Source of the DNA: Candidatus Latescibacterota bacterium
Lineage (GTDB): Bacteria; Latescibacterota; UBA2968; UBA8231
Assembly: GCA_965206595.1 (NCBI GenBank)
Contig: OZ242214.1
Span: forward strand, 128,001 to 192,000
Length of the DNA stretch: 64,000 nucleotides
Direction of reading: 5' to 3'
Part shown: in pieces, positions 1 to 9,852 of the stretch
Layout of the letters: the number at the start of each line of letters is the position of its first letter
How positions within the stretch are numbered: the first letter of the stretch is position 1
Notes under the pieces: generated by a model
What the model was told of the DNA's origin: nothing
Databases searched by the model: none
What the model saw: only the letters and a program-made list of their open reading frames with translations
Made by a program: the position numbers and the translations under genes

Positions 1-3
1 CCT

Positions 4-384
4 GTGCACCGTCCAGTGGTTGTCGAGGAACTCCCGGAGCAGTTCTACGCCGGGGAGATATATCTGATTGGCGAGGATGGACATTTCTGGTGTGCTGCAA
101 TGCTCTGCCCGTGCGGATGCAGAGCAATCATCCAGCTTAACCTCGTTGCCGGAACTCGACCTCTTTGGACATTCGAACTCGATTCCGACACCAAAGCCAT
201 CACCCTACAACCCTCGGTCTGGCGCACTGCAGGCTGCCGCAGCCATTTCAGTATTCAACTGGGTCGTGTGCGGTGGTATCGATCACGGCGTTCGTTCAGA
301 TCAATGCTGAGGGTGCTCAGGGACTGGGTCGACGAAAAAAGGATGCCGCCTGGGCTCGGATCCCATCGCCGCAGTGCGGCTTAA
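4..384 (+). CDS. DUF6527-family protein (CPCGC ... PSV ... CxSH); may extend 5' beyond the window
   Basis: The motifs LCPCGC, ITLQPSVW and GCRSHF match my recollection of DUF6527. GC is lower than in the neighbouring genes. The frame is open to the window edge. Confidence 0.7.
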   Translation: MHRPVVVEELPEQFYAGEIYLIGEDGHFWCAAMLCPCGCRAIIQLNLVAGTRPLWTFELDSDTKAITLQPSVWRTAGCRSHFSIQLGRVRWYRSRRSFRSMLRVLRDWVDEKRMPPGLGSHRRSAA

Positions 385-406
385 TTCTTTCGCCCTCTCC
401 CTGCGC

Positions 407-2008
407 TCACCCCCTTCCCAGCATGCGCACATCCCGCACCGTCTCGACGAGGCGGATGAACTCGCCCCGGTAGCCCCTCGGGTCATACCCCTGACCCCTC
501 TCGGCAAGTCCGATGACGTCTTCCAGCGTGTAGCCGCCGATATGGGGTGAGTCGCGGAGCAGCATGCCGAAGCCCGCCACCGCCGCGGCGAAGCGGAAAT
601 CGGTGGAGGGACCGGCAGGCGCGTCCACCACCGGCTGTGTAAGGAGGCGGCTCGCCGAACCGTCCGGGTCCTTGTAGCGGACCTTCACGTACATCAGCTC
701 TCCCTCGAGGCCGCTGTCGACGGCGGTGTCGTCCTCGTCTTCCGGTTGGTAGCGGAGGTCGTCCACCGCGCCTCCGGGAACCGGAACGCCCGCGGGAACG
801 ACCTCGTACAGGGCCGTCACCGTGTGTCCGGCCCCCAGCTCGCCGGCATCCTCGCTGTCGTCGTTGAAGTCCTCCGGGTCGAGCAGGCGGTTCTCGTAGC
901 CGATCAGCCGGTATCCGGCCGCCCGGGAAGGGTTGAACTCGACCTGCACCTTCACATCCTTGGCAAGGGTGAGGAGGGTTCCGCCCATCTCCTCCACCAG
1001 GACCTTCCTGGCCTCCAGCAGGCTGTCGACGTAGTGGAAGTTGCCGTTCCCGTGGTCGGCGATCTGCTCCATCTTCGCGTCCTTCAGGTTCCCGGTGCCG
1101 AAGCCGAGAACCGTCAGAAAGATCCCGCTCTCCCGCTCCTTCTCGATGAGCCGGATCATCTCCTCGTCGCTGGATGCGCCGACGTTGAAGTCGCCGTCCG
1201 TCGCCAGGATGACGCGGTTGTTGCCGCCGTCGAGGTGGTGCTCGCGCGCGACCTGGTAGGCGAGCCTGATTCCCTCCCCGCCCGCGGTGCTGCCGCCGGC
1301 CCGGAGCTCTTCCAGGGCGGCGAGGATCTCCTCCCGGGCGTCTCCCGGCGTCGAGGGCAGGACCAGCCCGGCGGCGCCGGCATAGACCACGATCGCCACC
1401 CGGTCCTCGGCCCTGAGCTGCTCGACGAGGAGCGCGAAAGCCTTCTTGAGCAGCGGCAGCTTGTCGGGTGACTCCATCGATCCCGACACATCGATCAGGA
1501 AGACCAGGTTCCCGGGCGGCAGGTCCTCGGTGTCCATCGACCGCGCCTTGAGGCCGATGCGCACCAGCCGATGCTCCGGTTTCCAGGGCGCCTCCCAAAC
1601 CTCGGTGGCGACGGCGAAGGGGTGCTCTCCCGACACTTCGTCCCACTCGTAGGGGAAGTAGTTGATCATCTCCTCGATCCGTACCGCGTCGATCGGCGGC
1701 CGCTGTCCATCCTCGATGAAGCGGCGCACGTTGGCGTACGAGGCCCGGTCGACGTCGATGGAGAAGGTCGACAGCGGCGACTCGCTCACGAGCTGAAAGC
1801 CGTTCTCGCCGATGGGGGCGTACGACTCGGTGTTGGAGTAGGAGGGGGGAGAGATGTGTCTGTAATCCGCGGCGGCCTCAGGGGCGGAGGACATTTTGGG
1901 GGCGAACGGATCGCCGGTGCACGAGGCAAGGGCGAGGAAGCAGAGAAGGGATGAGGCCAACCCGGTGAAGGTGGCGGACCGGTAGGGTCGGGTGGGGTTC
2001 GAGTTCAT
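407..2008 (-). CDS. YfbK-like von Willebrand factor A lipoprotein (vWF_A + VWA + DUF3520)
   Basis: Lipobox LASC; STFSIDVDRASY; MIDAS motif DVSGS; ATDGDFNVG; GYENR. ATG at 2008 with AGAGG upstream, so the ORF-track start at 2383 is over-extended. Confidence 0.9.
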   Translation of the reverse strand: MNSNPTRPYRSATFTGLASSLLCFLALASCTGDPFAPKMSSAPEAAADYRHISPPSYSNTESYAPIGENGFQLVSESPLSTFSIDVDRASYANVRRFIEDGQRPPIDAVRIEEMINYFPYEWDEVSGEHPFAVATEVWEAPWKPEHRLVRIGLKARSMDTEDLPPGNLVFLIDVSGSMESPDKLPLLKKAFALLVEQLRAEDRVAIVVYAGAAGLVLPSTPGDAREEILAALEELRAGGSTAGGEGIRLAYQVAREHHLDGGNNRVILATDGDFNVGASSDEEMIRLIEKERESGIFLTVLGFGTGNLKDAKMEQIADHGNGNFHYVDSLLEARKVLVEEMGGTLLTLAKDVKVQVEFNPSRAAGYRLIGYENRLLDPEDFNDDSEDAGELGAGHTVTALYEVVPAGVPVPGGAVDDLRYQPEDEDDTAVDSGLEGELMYVKVRYKDPDGSASRLLTQPVVDAPAGPSTDFRFAAAVAGFGMLLRDSPHIGGYTLEDVIGLAERGQGYDPRGYRGEFIRLVETVRDVRMLGRG

Positions 2009-2372
2009 GAAATCGCCTCTGGGATGATGGGGTTGTGAGAGGAAGGGGCACGCTGCCGCAATGAAGCCAGATGCCGGTGCGCGGGGGCCGCAGGTCGGTC
2101 CTCGAAAACGCAGGTGTCCGGGTTGGACGATGCGGAGGGCTGCTTCGGGATGTCCGGGAGCGAGGCCATCGCTTCCGTCATGGCCTTCCTCGTGGGACGC
2201 CGCCGCTGCGCGGGGGTTCCGCGGGTGGCAGGCGCGGCGCGCTGGCCCCATTGGCCCATGGTAGCATGCCCCCACGCGACCGATCCAGGGGTGCCATATT
2301 CCAGCCATGTCTTTCCCCCCGAGCCCGACGCCTGAGCAAGGCGGAACGGAGCCTGCCCTTTGGCCGCCACCG

Positions 2373-2409
2373 TAAAGAAACATATATTGATCTTTAAATC
2401 ACTATAGTG
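2373..2409 (+). promoter_or_regulatory. AT-rich promoter/operator region of the toxin-antitoxin operon
   Basis: Imperfect inverted repeat TAAAGA-N12-TCTTTA (2373-2396) and palindrome CACTATAGTG (2400-2409) directly upstream of the HTH antitoxin. Confidence 0.35.
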
Positions 2410-2424
2410 TCTGTTTTTTGAATC

Positions 2425-2754
2425 ATGAAATCTTCCCGATCCCAACAGGCCCTCCCCTTCGGGGTGCGGCGCGCCCTGCAGAAGCTGGGCATGGATGTCT
2501 CGGCCGCCCGGCGCCGGCGCCGGATACCCATGGCGCTCATGGCCGAGCGCGCCTTCATCAGCCGCACCACGTTGGCGAGGGTCGAGAAAGGGGACCCCGG
2601 CGTATCGATGGGCATCTACGCCTCTGTCCTCTTCGTCCTGGGAATGGCGGACCGCCTGGGAGATCTCGCGGACGCCGCCCGAGATCCGGTCGGGCTGGGC
2701 CTCGAAGAGGAGCGGCTGCCGCGTCGCATCCGTACGCCGCGGCAGGCACCATAG
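2425..2754 (+). CDS. XRE-family HTH antitoxin (HipB-like)
   Basis: ARRRRRIP..MAERAFISRTTLARVEKGDPGVS HTH pattern; lies 9 bp upstream of the HipA-family gene. Confidence 0.85.
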   Translation: MKSSRSQQALPFGVRRALQKLGMDVSAARRRRRIPMALMAERAFISRTTLARVEKGDPGVSMGIYASVLFVLGMADRLGDLADAARDPVGLGLEEERLPRRIRTPRQAP

Positions 2755-2763
2755 GGGGCCGCC

Positions 2764-3999
2764 ATGGAGCGTGAGATTCTGGTCTTCATCGACCGGGCCG
2801 GTGAGACCGTTTCCGCAGGCACCCTGTGGGCGCGGACCCGAGGAGCCCGTCAGACCGCCTCCTTCGAGTACGACCCTTCCTGGCTGGCGCGCCGGGACGC
2901 CTTCGGACTCGATCCCGTGCTCCCTCCGGCACGCGGGCAGTTCCACACCGACCGGCCCCTGTTCAACGCCTTCACCGATCCCGCCCCGGACCGCTGGGGA
3001 CAGACTCTCATGCGCCGCAACGAGCTCCGGAGGGCGTGGGCGGAAGGGCGCCAACCGAGAACATTGCTGGCCGTCGATTTCCTCACCCTGGTCGACGACG
3101 AGACGCGGCTCGGCACGCTGCGGTTCAAGGAGGCCGGCGGCGGCCCGTTTCTCACCTCGACCGGCAGGCAGGTGCCGCCGGTTGTCGACCTGCCTCGGCT
3201 GCTGTCCGCCGCCACCCGCGTCATCGATGCCAACGAGACCGACGACGACCTGCGGTTGCTCCTGGCCCCCGGAACCTCGCTCGGGGGAGCTCGAGCGAAA
3301 GCCACGGTCCGCGACCGGGACGGGCACCTTCTGATCGCCAAGTTCCCGCGCCGGGACGACGACTGGCCGGTGACGCGATGGGAAGCGGCCACCATGGCGT
3401 TGGCCGAGGCGGCGGGGGTCCGGGTCGCGCCGTTCCAGCTCCTGCAGGTAGCGAACAGCCCCGTATTCATGGCCCGGCGCTTCGACCGCAGGCAGGGCCG
3501 GCGCATCCCTTTCATGTCGGCGCTCACCGCAATCGAGGGGTCGGACAACGAGATGCGAAGCTATCTGGAGATCGCCGAGTTCCTGCGGCGGGAGGGACTG
3601 GAGGTGAACGAGGACCTGGGTCAGCTCTGGCGCCGGATCGTGTTCAACATGCTGGTGTCCAACACCGACGACCATCTGCGCAACCACGGCTTTCTCCGGG
3701 AGCAGAACGGCTGGCGGCTTTCACCGGCGTATGACCTCAACCCGGTGCCGGCCGACGTGAAGCCGCGCGTCCATGCGCTCGCGATCGACGAGACGGACGG
3801 CACGGCGTCCTTCGACACGGCCATGGAGGTAGCCCCGATGTTCGGCATGACGGGGCAGGCGGCGCGCGCGACAGCAGCCGAGGTGGGCAGGGCGGTCCGT
3901 GGCTGGCGGGATGCGGCGGCCGGCATCGGCATTTCGGCGAATGAAACCGAGCGGATGTCCAGCGCCTTCGATCACGACGACCTCGAGGCGGCGATCTGA
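2764..3999 (+). CDS. hipA: HipA-family kinase toxin (type II toxin-antitoxin)
   Basis: PDRWG N-terminal motif, SLGGARAK P-loop, RRFDR, NTDDHLRNHGF catalytic loop, LSPAYD. Confidence 0.92.
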   Translation: MEREILVFIDRAGETVSAGTLWARTRGARQTASFEYDPSWLARRDAFGLDPVLPPARGQFHTDRPLFNAFTDPAPDRWGQTLMRRNELRRAWAEGRQPRTLLAVDFLTLVDDETRLGTLRFKEAGGGPFLTSTGRQVPPVVDLPRLLSAATRVIDANETDDDLRLLLAPGTSLGGARAKATVRDRDGHLLIAKFPRRDDDWPVTRWEAATMALAEAAGVRVAPFQLLQVANSPVFMARRFDRRQGRRIPFMSALTAIEGSDNEMRSYLEIAEFLRREGLEVNEDLGQLWRRIVFNMLVSNTDDHLRNHGFLREQNGWRLSPAYDLNPVPADVKPRVHALAIDETDGTASFDTAMEVAPMFGMTGQAARATAAEVGRAVRGWRDAAAGIGISANETERMSSAFDHDDLEAAI

Positions 4000-4185
4000 A
4001 GAAAGCGATGATGGCACCCGTCGGAAGTGGTGTTTGCCGGGGAGCGCCATCGGCTTCGGGCGCGCGCGGCCAGGGAGCCGCAGTGCAGCCCGCTGCACCG
4101 GGTAGGAGTTGGGAGGAAACCGTCCGTAACTTGGGGCAGCGGCCCCCCGAGCAGGAGCGAATCCGAAAAACGAGAGGAGATTGAG

Positions 4186-5160
4186 ATGAAGGTCTGTCTG
4201 GTGGGAGAAGGCGCTCAGGGCATCACCCACATGAGGGCGCTGCGCGGGATGGAGGGCGTCGAGGTGGTCAGCCTGGCCGGAGGCATCGCCGCGGACGCAG
4301 AGGCCTTTGCCCGCGAGCACGGCATCGGCCACGTCTCCACCGATCTCGAGGAGTGCCTGGGCCGGCCCGGGGTCGAAGCCGCGGTGATCACCAGCCCGAA
4401 TCAGCTCCACTGCGAACAGGCGGTGACCGCCCTGGAACGGGGCAAACACGTCCTCCTCGAGCTGCCGATGGGGCTGTCGCTGGCCGAATCCCGGCGCGTG
4501 GTGGAGGCGGAGGAGAGGTCGGGGAAGGTGGCGATGATGTGCCACACCCAGCGCTACCGCCCGTCCTTCCGCAGGTTGCACCAGATGATCGCGGACGGCG
4601 GCCTGCACCTGCACCACATCGTGCAGCAGACCTACTTCTTCCGCCGCGTCAACGAGAACCGCTTCGGCAAGCCGCGCATCTGGACCGACGACCTGCTGTG
4701 GCACCAGGCCTGCCACATGATCGACATGGTCTACTGGCTCCTCGGCGACCCCGGCATGCAGGCCTGGGGGCGCTGCGGGCCGGTGCACGAGCGGCTGGGG
4801 GTGCCGATGGACATCTGCATCTCCCTGCGCTCCGCCGCCGGCTGCCTGGTGAGCGCGGCCCAGTCGTTCAACAACCACGGCCCGATCCGGGGGGAATGGC
4901 GGTTCATCGGCGAGGAGGAGACGTACGTGACCGACGGCGCCGGGCTGCGCGATCACCAGGGGAACGAGGTGTCCCTGCCGGACGGGCCCTCCGGGGTCGA
5001 AGCCCAGGACGGTGAGTTCTTCGCCGCCATCCGCGAGGCGCGCAAGGCGCTGACCAGCTGCTCCGAGGTGCTGCCGGTGATGGGGATCATCGACCGCGTG
5101 CAGAGGGCGATGGACGGCCGCGACGGAGCCCCGAGTGCCGGCATGGTGCAGTCCTCCTGA
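4186..5160 (+). CDS. Gfo/Idh/MocA oxidoreductase, LigC-like (4-carboxy-2-hydroxymuconate semialdehyde dehydrogenase-like)
   Basis: N-terminal Rossmann motif VGEGAQG and GKHVLLELP; FFRRxNxN..GKPRxWTDDLLWH resembles LigC. ATG at 4186 follows GAGGAG. Confidence 0.8.
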   Translation: MKVCLVGEGAQGITHMRALRGMEGVEVVSLAGGIAADAEAFAREHGIGHVSTDLEECLGRPGVEAAVITSPNQLHCEQAVTALERGKHVLLELPMGLSLAESRRVVEAEERSGKVAMMCHTQRYRPSFRRLHQMIADGGLHLHHIVQQTYFFRRVNENRFGKPRIWTDDLLWHQACHMIDMVYWLLGDPGMQAWGRCGPVHERLGVPMDICISLRSAAGCLVSAAQSFNNHGPIRGEWRFIGEEETYVTDGAGLRDHQGNEVSLPDGPSGVEAQDGEFFAAIREARKALTSCSEVLPVMGIIDRVQRAMDGRDGAPSAGMVQSS

Positions 5161-5165
5161 TCCGA

Positions 5166-7109
5166 ATGGGCGGACCGGCAGCATCCTCACCCTCGGATTC
5201 CACTGCCGCCAGGCTCAGGGGACTGCTCCGCGGCTGGCAGCAGCGCTTCGGCCTCGACCTGCGGGCGCTGGCACTCTTCCGCATCCTGCTCGGCCTGCTG
5301 CTGCTCGTCGACCTGGCAGTTCGGCTGACCGATCTGCGCGTCTTCTACTCCGACGCCGGGGTGCTGCCGCGAGTCGATCTGCTCGGCCGGGTCGCCACCA
5401 GCTCGACCCCGTGGCTGGTGTCCCTGCACATGGCGAGCGGGCTCTGGGGGGTGCAGCTCCTCCTCTTCGCGGTCGCGGCGTTCTGCGCGATCTGCCTGAT
5501 GATCGGCCATCGGACCCGGCTATTCACCTTCCTCAGCTGGGTGCTGCTGGTGTCGCTGCACAACCGGAATCTCACTGTCCTCAACGCCGGCGACCTGCTG
5601 TTCCGGGTGCTGCTCTTCTGGTCGCTGTTCCTCCCCCTCGGGGCGCGCTGCTCGGTCGACGCGGCGATGAAGGAGGCGGACGGGACCGGACCGGCGAAGC
5701 GCAACGACCGCACCTGGTCGGTTCCCGCCTTCTGCTTGATGGCGCAGGTCACCATCCTCTACTGGGCGACGGCGCTGCTGAAGAACCACCCGATCTGGAC
5801 CGGGGACCGGACCGCGGTCTGGTACGCCCTCAAGCTCGACTACATGGCGCTGCCGCTCGCGGTCCTGATGCGCGACCTGCCTGCCGCATGGCTCGAGCTC
5901 ATGACCCGGACGACGCTCCTGGTCGAACTCCTGGCGCCGGTGCTGATCTGGATTCCGTTCCTCGTCGGCCCGCTGCGTCTGGCCGCCTGCATCGTCATGA
6001 TCGGCATTCACCTGGCGTTCGCGGCGACCCTGCAGATCGGGCTCTTCTCCTACATATGCAGCGCCATGTGGCTGGCCCTCCTGCCGCCATGGGTCTGGGA
6101 CAAGCTCTTCGCGCGCTTCCGGCGCGACCCCCGGCGGCTCGGGATGACGATCCACTACGACGCCGACTGCGGCTTCTGCCGCCGCATGGTTCTCCTGCTG
6201 AGAAGCTTCTTCCTGCTTCCCGAGACGCGCATCGCCGAGGCCCAGGAAAACGCGGAGATCGAGCGCGACATGCGCGCCCGCAACTCGTGGGTGGTCACCG
6301 ATTGCGAGGGGAAGCGCCGCTACAAGTTCCAGGCCTTCAGCTACGTGCTCTCCCAATCGCCGTGGGCCTGGCCCGCGGGGAAGATCCTGGGACTGGCGGC
6401 CTTCCGGGGGTTGGGCATCTGGCTGTACGAACGGACCGCGAACCGCCGCGAGCTGATGGGGCGCCTGACCGGCTGGATCCGTCCGCGCCCGGAAAGGCGG
6501 GTGCGCCGGCCGCTCATCTGGCTTAGGAACAGCTTTCTCCTGGCCACGCTCGCCTACGTCCTCGTCTGGAACGCCCGCATCTTTCACAACAAGGAGATCT
6601 TCAAGCCGGACTCGGCCGCCGGCAGGTTCTCGGCGGCGTCGGCGAGATGGATCGACGGCCGGGACGACGAGGGCAATCGAGTCGACCGCCGCTGGTACGG
6701 CCGTCTCCTGCGCGTCGGTCAGTCGTGGAACATGTTTTCCCCGTACCCGCCTCGCATCATCGGCTGGTACGTGGTTGTCGGCACCTTGGAGGACGGATCG
6801 CAGGTCGATCTCTACCGGCACGTCGTCCTGGGAGAGGAATCCCCCGAGGTCTCCTGGGACCGCCCGAACAGCATCGCCGAGACGTTCCGCGGACCGCGCT
6901 GGCGCAAGTACATGATGTCGCTCCGCAAGAAGGAGAAGAGCGATTTCCGCCCCCTGCTGTGCAAGTACCTGGCGCGCGAATGGAAGCGTGAGTTCGGGGA
7001 CGCCGCGCCGCTGACGATGGTCGAGCTCTTCTTCAACGAGGAGCGGACCAAGGCGTACGAGCCCAACACGGAACCGAAGAAGCGCCGCCTCTGGTATTAC
7101 ACCCCGTAG
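5166..7109 (+). CDS. HTTM-domain membrane protein with an inserted DCC1-like (DxxCxxC) thiol-disulfide domain
   Basis: DLRALALFRI, SLHNRN, multiple TM helices, YDADCGFC, QSWNMFSP. Confidence 0.8.
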   Translation: MGGPAASSPSDSTAARLRGLLRGWQQRFGLDLRALALFRILLGLLLLVDLAVRLTDLRVFYSDAGVLPRVDLLGRVATSSTPWLVSLHMASGLWGVQLLLFAVAAFCAICLMIGHRTRLFTFLSWVLLVSLHNRNLTVLNAGDLLFRVLLFWSLFLPLGARCSVDAAMKEADGTGPAKRNDRTWSVPAFCLMAQVTILYWATALLKNHPIWTGDRTAVWYALKLDYMALPLAVLMRDLPAAWLELMTRTTLLVELLAPVLIWIPFLVGPLRLAACIVMIGIHLAFAATLQIGLFSYICSAMWLALLPPWVWDKLFARFRRDPRRLGMTIHYDADCGFCRRMVLLLRSFFLLPETRIAEAQENAEIERDMRARNSWVVTDCEGKRRYKFQAFSYVLSQSPWAWPAGKILGLAAFRGLGIWLYERTANRRELMGRLTGWIRPRPERRVRRPLIWLRNSFLLATLAYVLVWNARIFHNKEIFKPDSAAGRFSAASARWIDGRDDEGNRVDRRWYGRLLRVGQSWNMFSPYPPRIIGWYVVVGTLEDGSQVDLYRHVVLGEESPEVSWDRPNSIAETFRGPRWRKYMMSLRKKEKSDFRPLLCKYLAREWKREFGDAAPLTMVELFFNEERTKAYEPNTEPKKRRLWYYTP

Positions 7110-7230
7110 CCTTCGATTCCAGGGGGCGACTTCAGCTGCCCTGAAATCGCTGGGATTGGGGCGGCGGGTACTGTCCGCGCCATTCCTTTCCGTGGTGTTC
7201 CGGGACCAGGCCGATGGCTGAGCGAACGGT

Positions 7231-7803
7231 TCACCCGACCCGGGTCCGGCCCTGCCAGCCGGCGATGAATCCGTCGACGTCGATGTCGGGCATCTCCTGG
7301 AACCTGTAGGTCGATGGCTGCTTGCCCTGGAAGCCGGGAACGAGGTGCGGCTCCTCGACCTGGAGGAGGCGGTCGAAGGTCTCGAAACGCCGCCACAGCT
7401 GCCCGGCTTCCGCGGCAGTCAAGCGGCCGCCCACCGGCCCCCTTCCCCGCAGGGCCGCCCTCGCAATCTTGGACAGTTGAATCAGGCAGGAAACGCCGCC
7501 CACCTCTCCGGAGTGGAGCTCGCCGAGGGCCTCGCAGAAGGCCGCGGCGTCCCGGTCGATCATGGCGCGGAAGGCTCGCTCCATGGCGTCGCATTCCCTC
7601 TCGCCTCCCGGCGGCTCCCCCGGCTCGCGGTGGTCCGCCCACCATGTCCTGTGGCGCGCGAGCATCTCTTCGCAATGGGTCCGCAGCGAGTCGAGCTGTT
7701 GCCGGGGAAGGCATTCGCGCAGGATGCAGTACCCATTCTCCAGCAGCTCGTCGCTAACGGTCAAATGAGATTCCCCCACAGTTTTTTTACCCGCTACCTG
7801 CAA
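7231..7803 (-). CDS. Hypothetical protein; N-terminus resembles phytanoyl-CoA dioxygenase (PhyH) family, possibly internally deleted
   Basis: LLENGYCILRECLP is a PhyH-like start, but no HxD...H core is present in 190 aa. Confidence 0.45.
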   Translation of the reverse strand: MQVAGKKTVGESHLTVSDELLENGYCILRECLPRQQLDSLRTHCEEMLARHRTWWADHREPGEPPGGERECDAMERAFRAMIDRDAAAFCEALGELHSGEVGGVSCLIQLSKIARAALRGRGPVGGRLTAAEAGQLWRRFETFDRLLQVEEPHLVPGFQGKQPSTYRFQEMPDIDVDGFIAGWQGRTRVG

Positions 7804-8162
7804 TGCTGTGGGTAAATATCAGGCACACCTGGGCAGCTTTTGGCCGGAAAAGATCGCCCGTCCCGCCCGTTTGAGGTGCTGTAGCGGCGTGGAGGTTCTC
7901 GTTGGACCGCGGCGACCGGAGTGACAAGCATCCCCTGGTCCGGGACCTCGACGGATGCCCGGCGGTCGCCTTCATGGGGACCGCCGGGAGCCGATCAACA
8001 CCCCCTTCGAAATCGTCCGGCCTTACGGGAGGGTGTGCTGCTCGCCAGCACGCGCGGCAGCACGGAGGTCAATGGCTCAGCAACCGGGACCCGTCCCTGG
8101 TGGGTGTACTGCTCGAGTGGGGGGGATGTGGGGCGATTGGAAACGGGCTTCCTCCCGGGACG

Positions 8163-8441
8163 CTACCCTTCCCGTAAAGGTTCCAACCCCAACTCACCGA
8201 TCGGGACCGCCTCGTCGATGAGCATGATCGGGATGTCGTCCTCGACCGGGTAGAGAAAGGCGCCGTCCTCCCGGACCAGCCCGCCGTCCAGCTTCTTCTC
8301 CAGCTTTTCGCCTCTCCGGTTCGAGACCTGTCCCAGTTCTATCAGGGCGTTCAGCCCGTCGATCAGTCCGGCGTCGGCCAGATGCACCGGTTCCTTGGTC
8401 TCCGGGCAGGCCAGGATGTCGAGCAACTCCTTGTCTATCAT
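8163..8441 (-). CDS. Trm112-family protein
   Basis: MIDKELLDILACPETK ... YPVEDDIPIML; ATG at 8441. Confidence 0.85.
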   Translation of the reverse strand: MIDKELLDILACPETKEPVHLADAGLIDGLNALIELGQVSNRRGEKLEKKLDGGLVREDGAFLYPVEDDIPIMLIDEAVPIGELGLEPLREG

Positions 8442-8803
8442 GACGTTGCAAATTCTCCGCAAGAAACTGGGTCGGGGGTTTGGAATGGGTGTGAAGATAG
8501 CAGGCCCCATTCCGGGGAACAAGCAAAGGAAATTTTTTCCCCGGGTGGGGGTCGCAATTTCCCACTTGATGGGAGGCACTTCAAAAAAAGGCTCTCCGCG
8601 AAGGCACCCCTATCACTGGATCATATTGTTTATCTATCAGTAAAAACAACCAGTTAAAAGAAAACTCCCGAATCGGGCTCCCGTTCGGGCAACGAATCGA
8701 CGTCTTCGGTCCGAACCTTGCTGGCTCCTTGCCCCGGAAGTCGCGGTCAGGCTGCGGCTTCCTCCGGAACAAAGCCAATCCACTTGTTGGAAAGGGGCCC
8801 GCG

Positions 8804-9109
8804 GTGGAACAGGTCGACCAGGATGCAGAAGAGGTTCGCAAGGAGCGCCTGGCGCTCATCGTCGATCGCTGTCTGGACAGCGAGGCGGCCTACAGGCTTT
8901 TCGACATGCTCGGATCGATTTGCCGGCTGGACGCCGCCGCAAGGCGCGAGTACATGAGACTGGTACGGGAGTCGGGGCTGTACTCCGCGGAAGAGATGGT
9001 GGCGGTCGAACGCCTGATCGCCACCGGGGCGGCGCAGTGCTTCAAGGAGGTGGTCGACCAGGTTCGCGAGGAGCGGATTGAGCGCGAGATCAGGGACCTG
9101 GTTTCCTGA
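8804..9109 (+). CDS. Hypothetical helical protein
   Basis: Coding-like codon usage; GTG at 8804 preceded by AAAGGGG. The ORF track starts at 8729. Confidence 0.6.
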   Translation: MEQVDQDAEEVRKERLALIVDRCLDSEAAYRLFDMLGSICRLDAAARREYMRLVRESGLYSAEEMVAVERLIATGAAQCFKEVVDQVREERIEREIRDLVS

Positions 9110-9286
9110 GCCGGGCGAATGTGACCCGCAGCGATCACCCGATTCCCGAAATTTCCGCCTGCGGGGCTGAGAACGACCGTCCCTGGTGTACGTGCGTAAG
9201 CAAGCGGCCGAATTCACCCGGAATTGCGCCCACAGGACCAGGATGACCGGATTGGCGGGAGCGTCCCATAGCAATGCGCGAAACGC

Positions 9287-9327
9287 AAAAAAAAAAGCGG
9301 CCCGGGGATCGGATTCCCCAAGACCGC
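9287..9327 (-). terminator. Rho-independent terminator of rpmB
   Basis: Minus strand GCGGTCTTGGGGA-loop-TCCCCGGGCCGC followed by a run of 10 T, about 35 nt after the rpmB stop. Confidence 0.8.
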
Positions 9328-9361
9328 AGATCAGAGACGGGCCGGAACCGACCCGCTGAAT

Positions 9362-9589
9362 TCACACTTTTATTCCGTTCTCCTCGAGATACCGCAGAAC
9401 CCCCTTCTTGTTCATCGTCCGCAGCGCCCGGGCGCAAAGCTTCAGGGTGACGGTGCGGTTCCGCTCAGGTATGTAAATCCGCTTCTTGATGAGATTCGGA
9501 TGCTGAACCCGCTTGGTCTTGCGATGGGAGTGGCTGACGCTGTTGCCAACCATTCTTCTCTTGCCGGTTACCTGGCACACACGAGCCAT
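9362..9589 (-). CDS. rpmB: 50S ribosomal protein L28
   Basis: MARVCQVTGK...GNSVSHSHRKTKR..PNL; GGAGG RBS upstream of ATG 9589. Confidence 0.97.
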   Translation of the reverse strand: MARVCQVTGKRRMVGNSVSHSHRKTKRVQHPNLIKKRIYIPERNRTVTLKLCARALRTMNKKGVLRYLEENGIKV

Positions 9590-9613
9590 GTTCGACCTCC
9601 TGAATGAGCCAGA

Positions 9614-9642
9614 AACATAGAGCAGACAAGGAGATACGTCAA
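9614..9642 (-). promoter_or_regulatory. sigma70-type promoter of rpmB
   Basis: TTGACG-N17-TATGTT on the minus strand. Confidence 0.65.
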
Positions 9643-9650
9643 GAAGCGAC

Positions 9651-9679
9651 TTGACAGGGTGGGCCCCTGGACCTACGTA
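9651..9679 (+). promoter_or_regulatory. Candidate sigma70-type promoter of the porU operon
   Basis: TTGACA-N17-TACGTA, back-to-back with the rpmB promoter. Confidence 0.45.
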
Positions 9680-9852
9680 TTCAAAGGCGCACGCAGCCGC
9701 TGCGGGCAGGCCGGAAGCCCCCGGGGGATTCGCTGCGAAGCGGAAAACCGCCGGCTTTTGCGGATCCCGCACACGGCTCGAGCGTCCTGTCGAGACACAT
9801 ACCCGCAACTCTGTCCTAACTTCCGAACTATTACAACACAAGTACAACACAA

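Noticed and set aside
2425-3999. HipBA module as a mobile element
   Set aside because: No flanking repeats, integrase or transposase detected; it is an ordinary type II toxin-antitoxin pair.
8580-8670. AT-rich tract as a replication origin, given parAB in the window
   Set aside because: No TTATCCACA DnaA-box cluster and no parS palindrome seen; better explained as a divergent promoter region.
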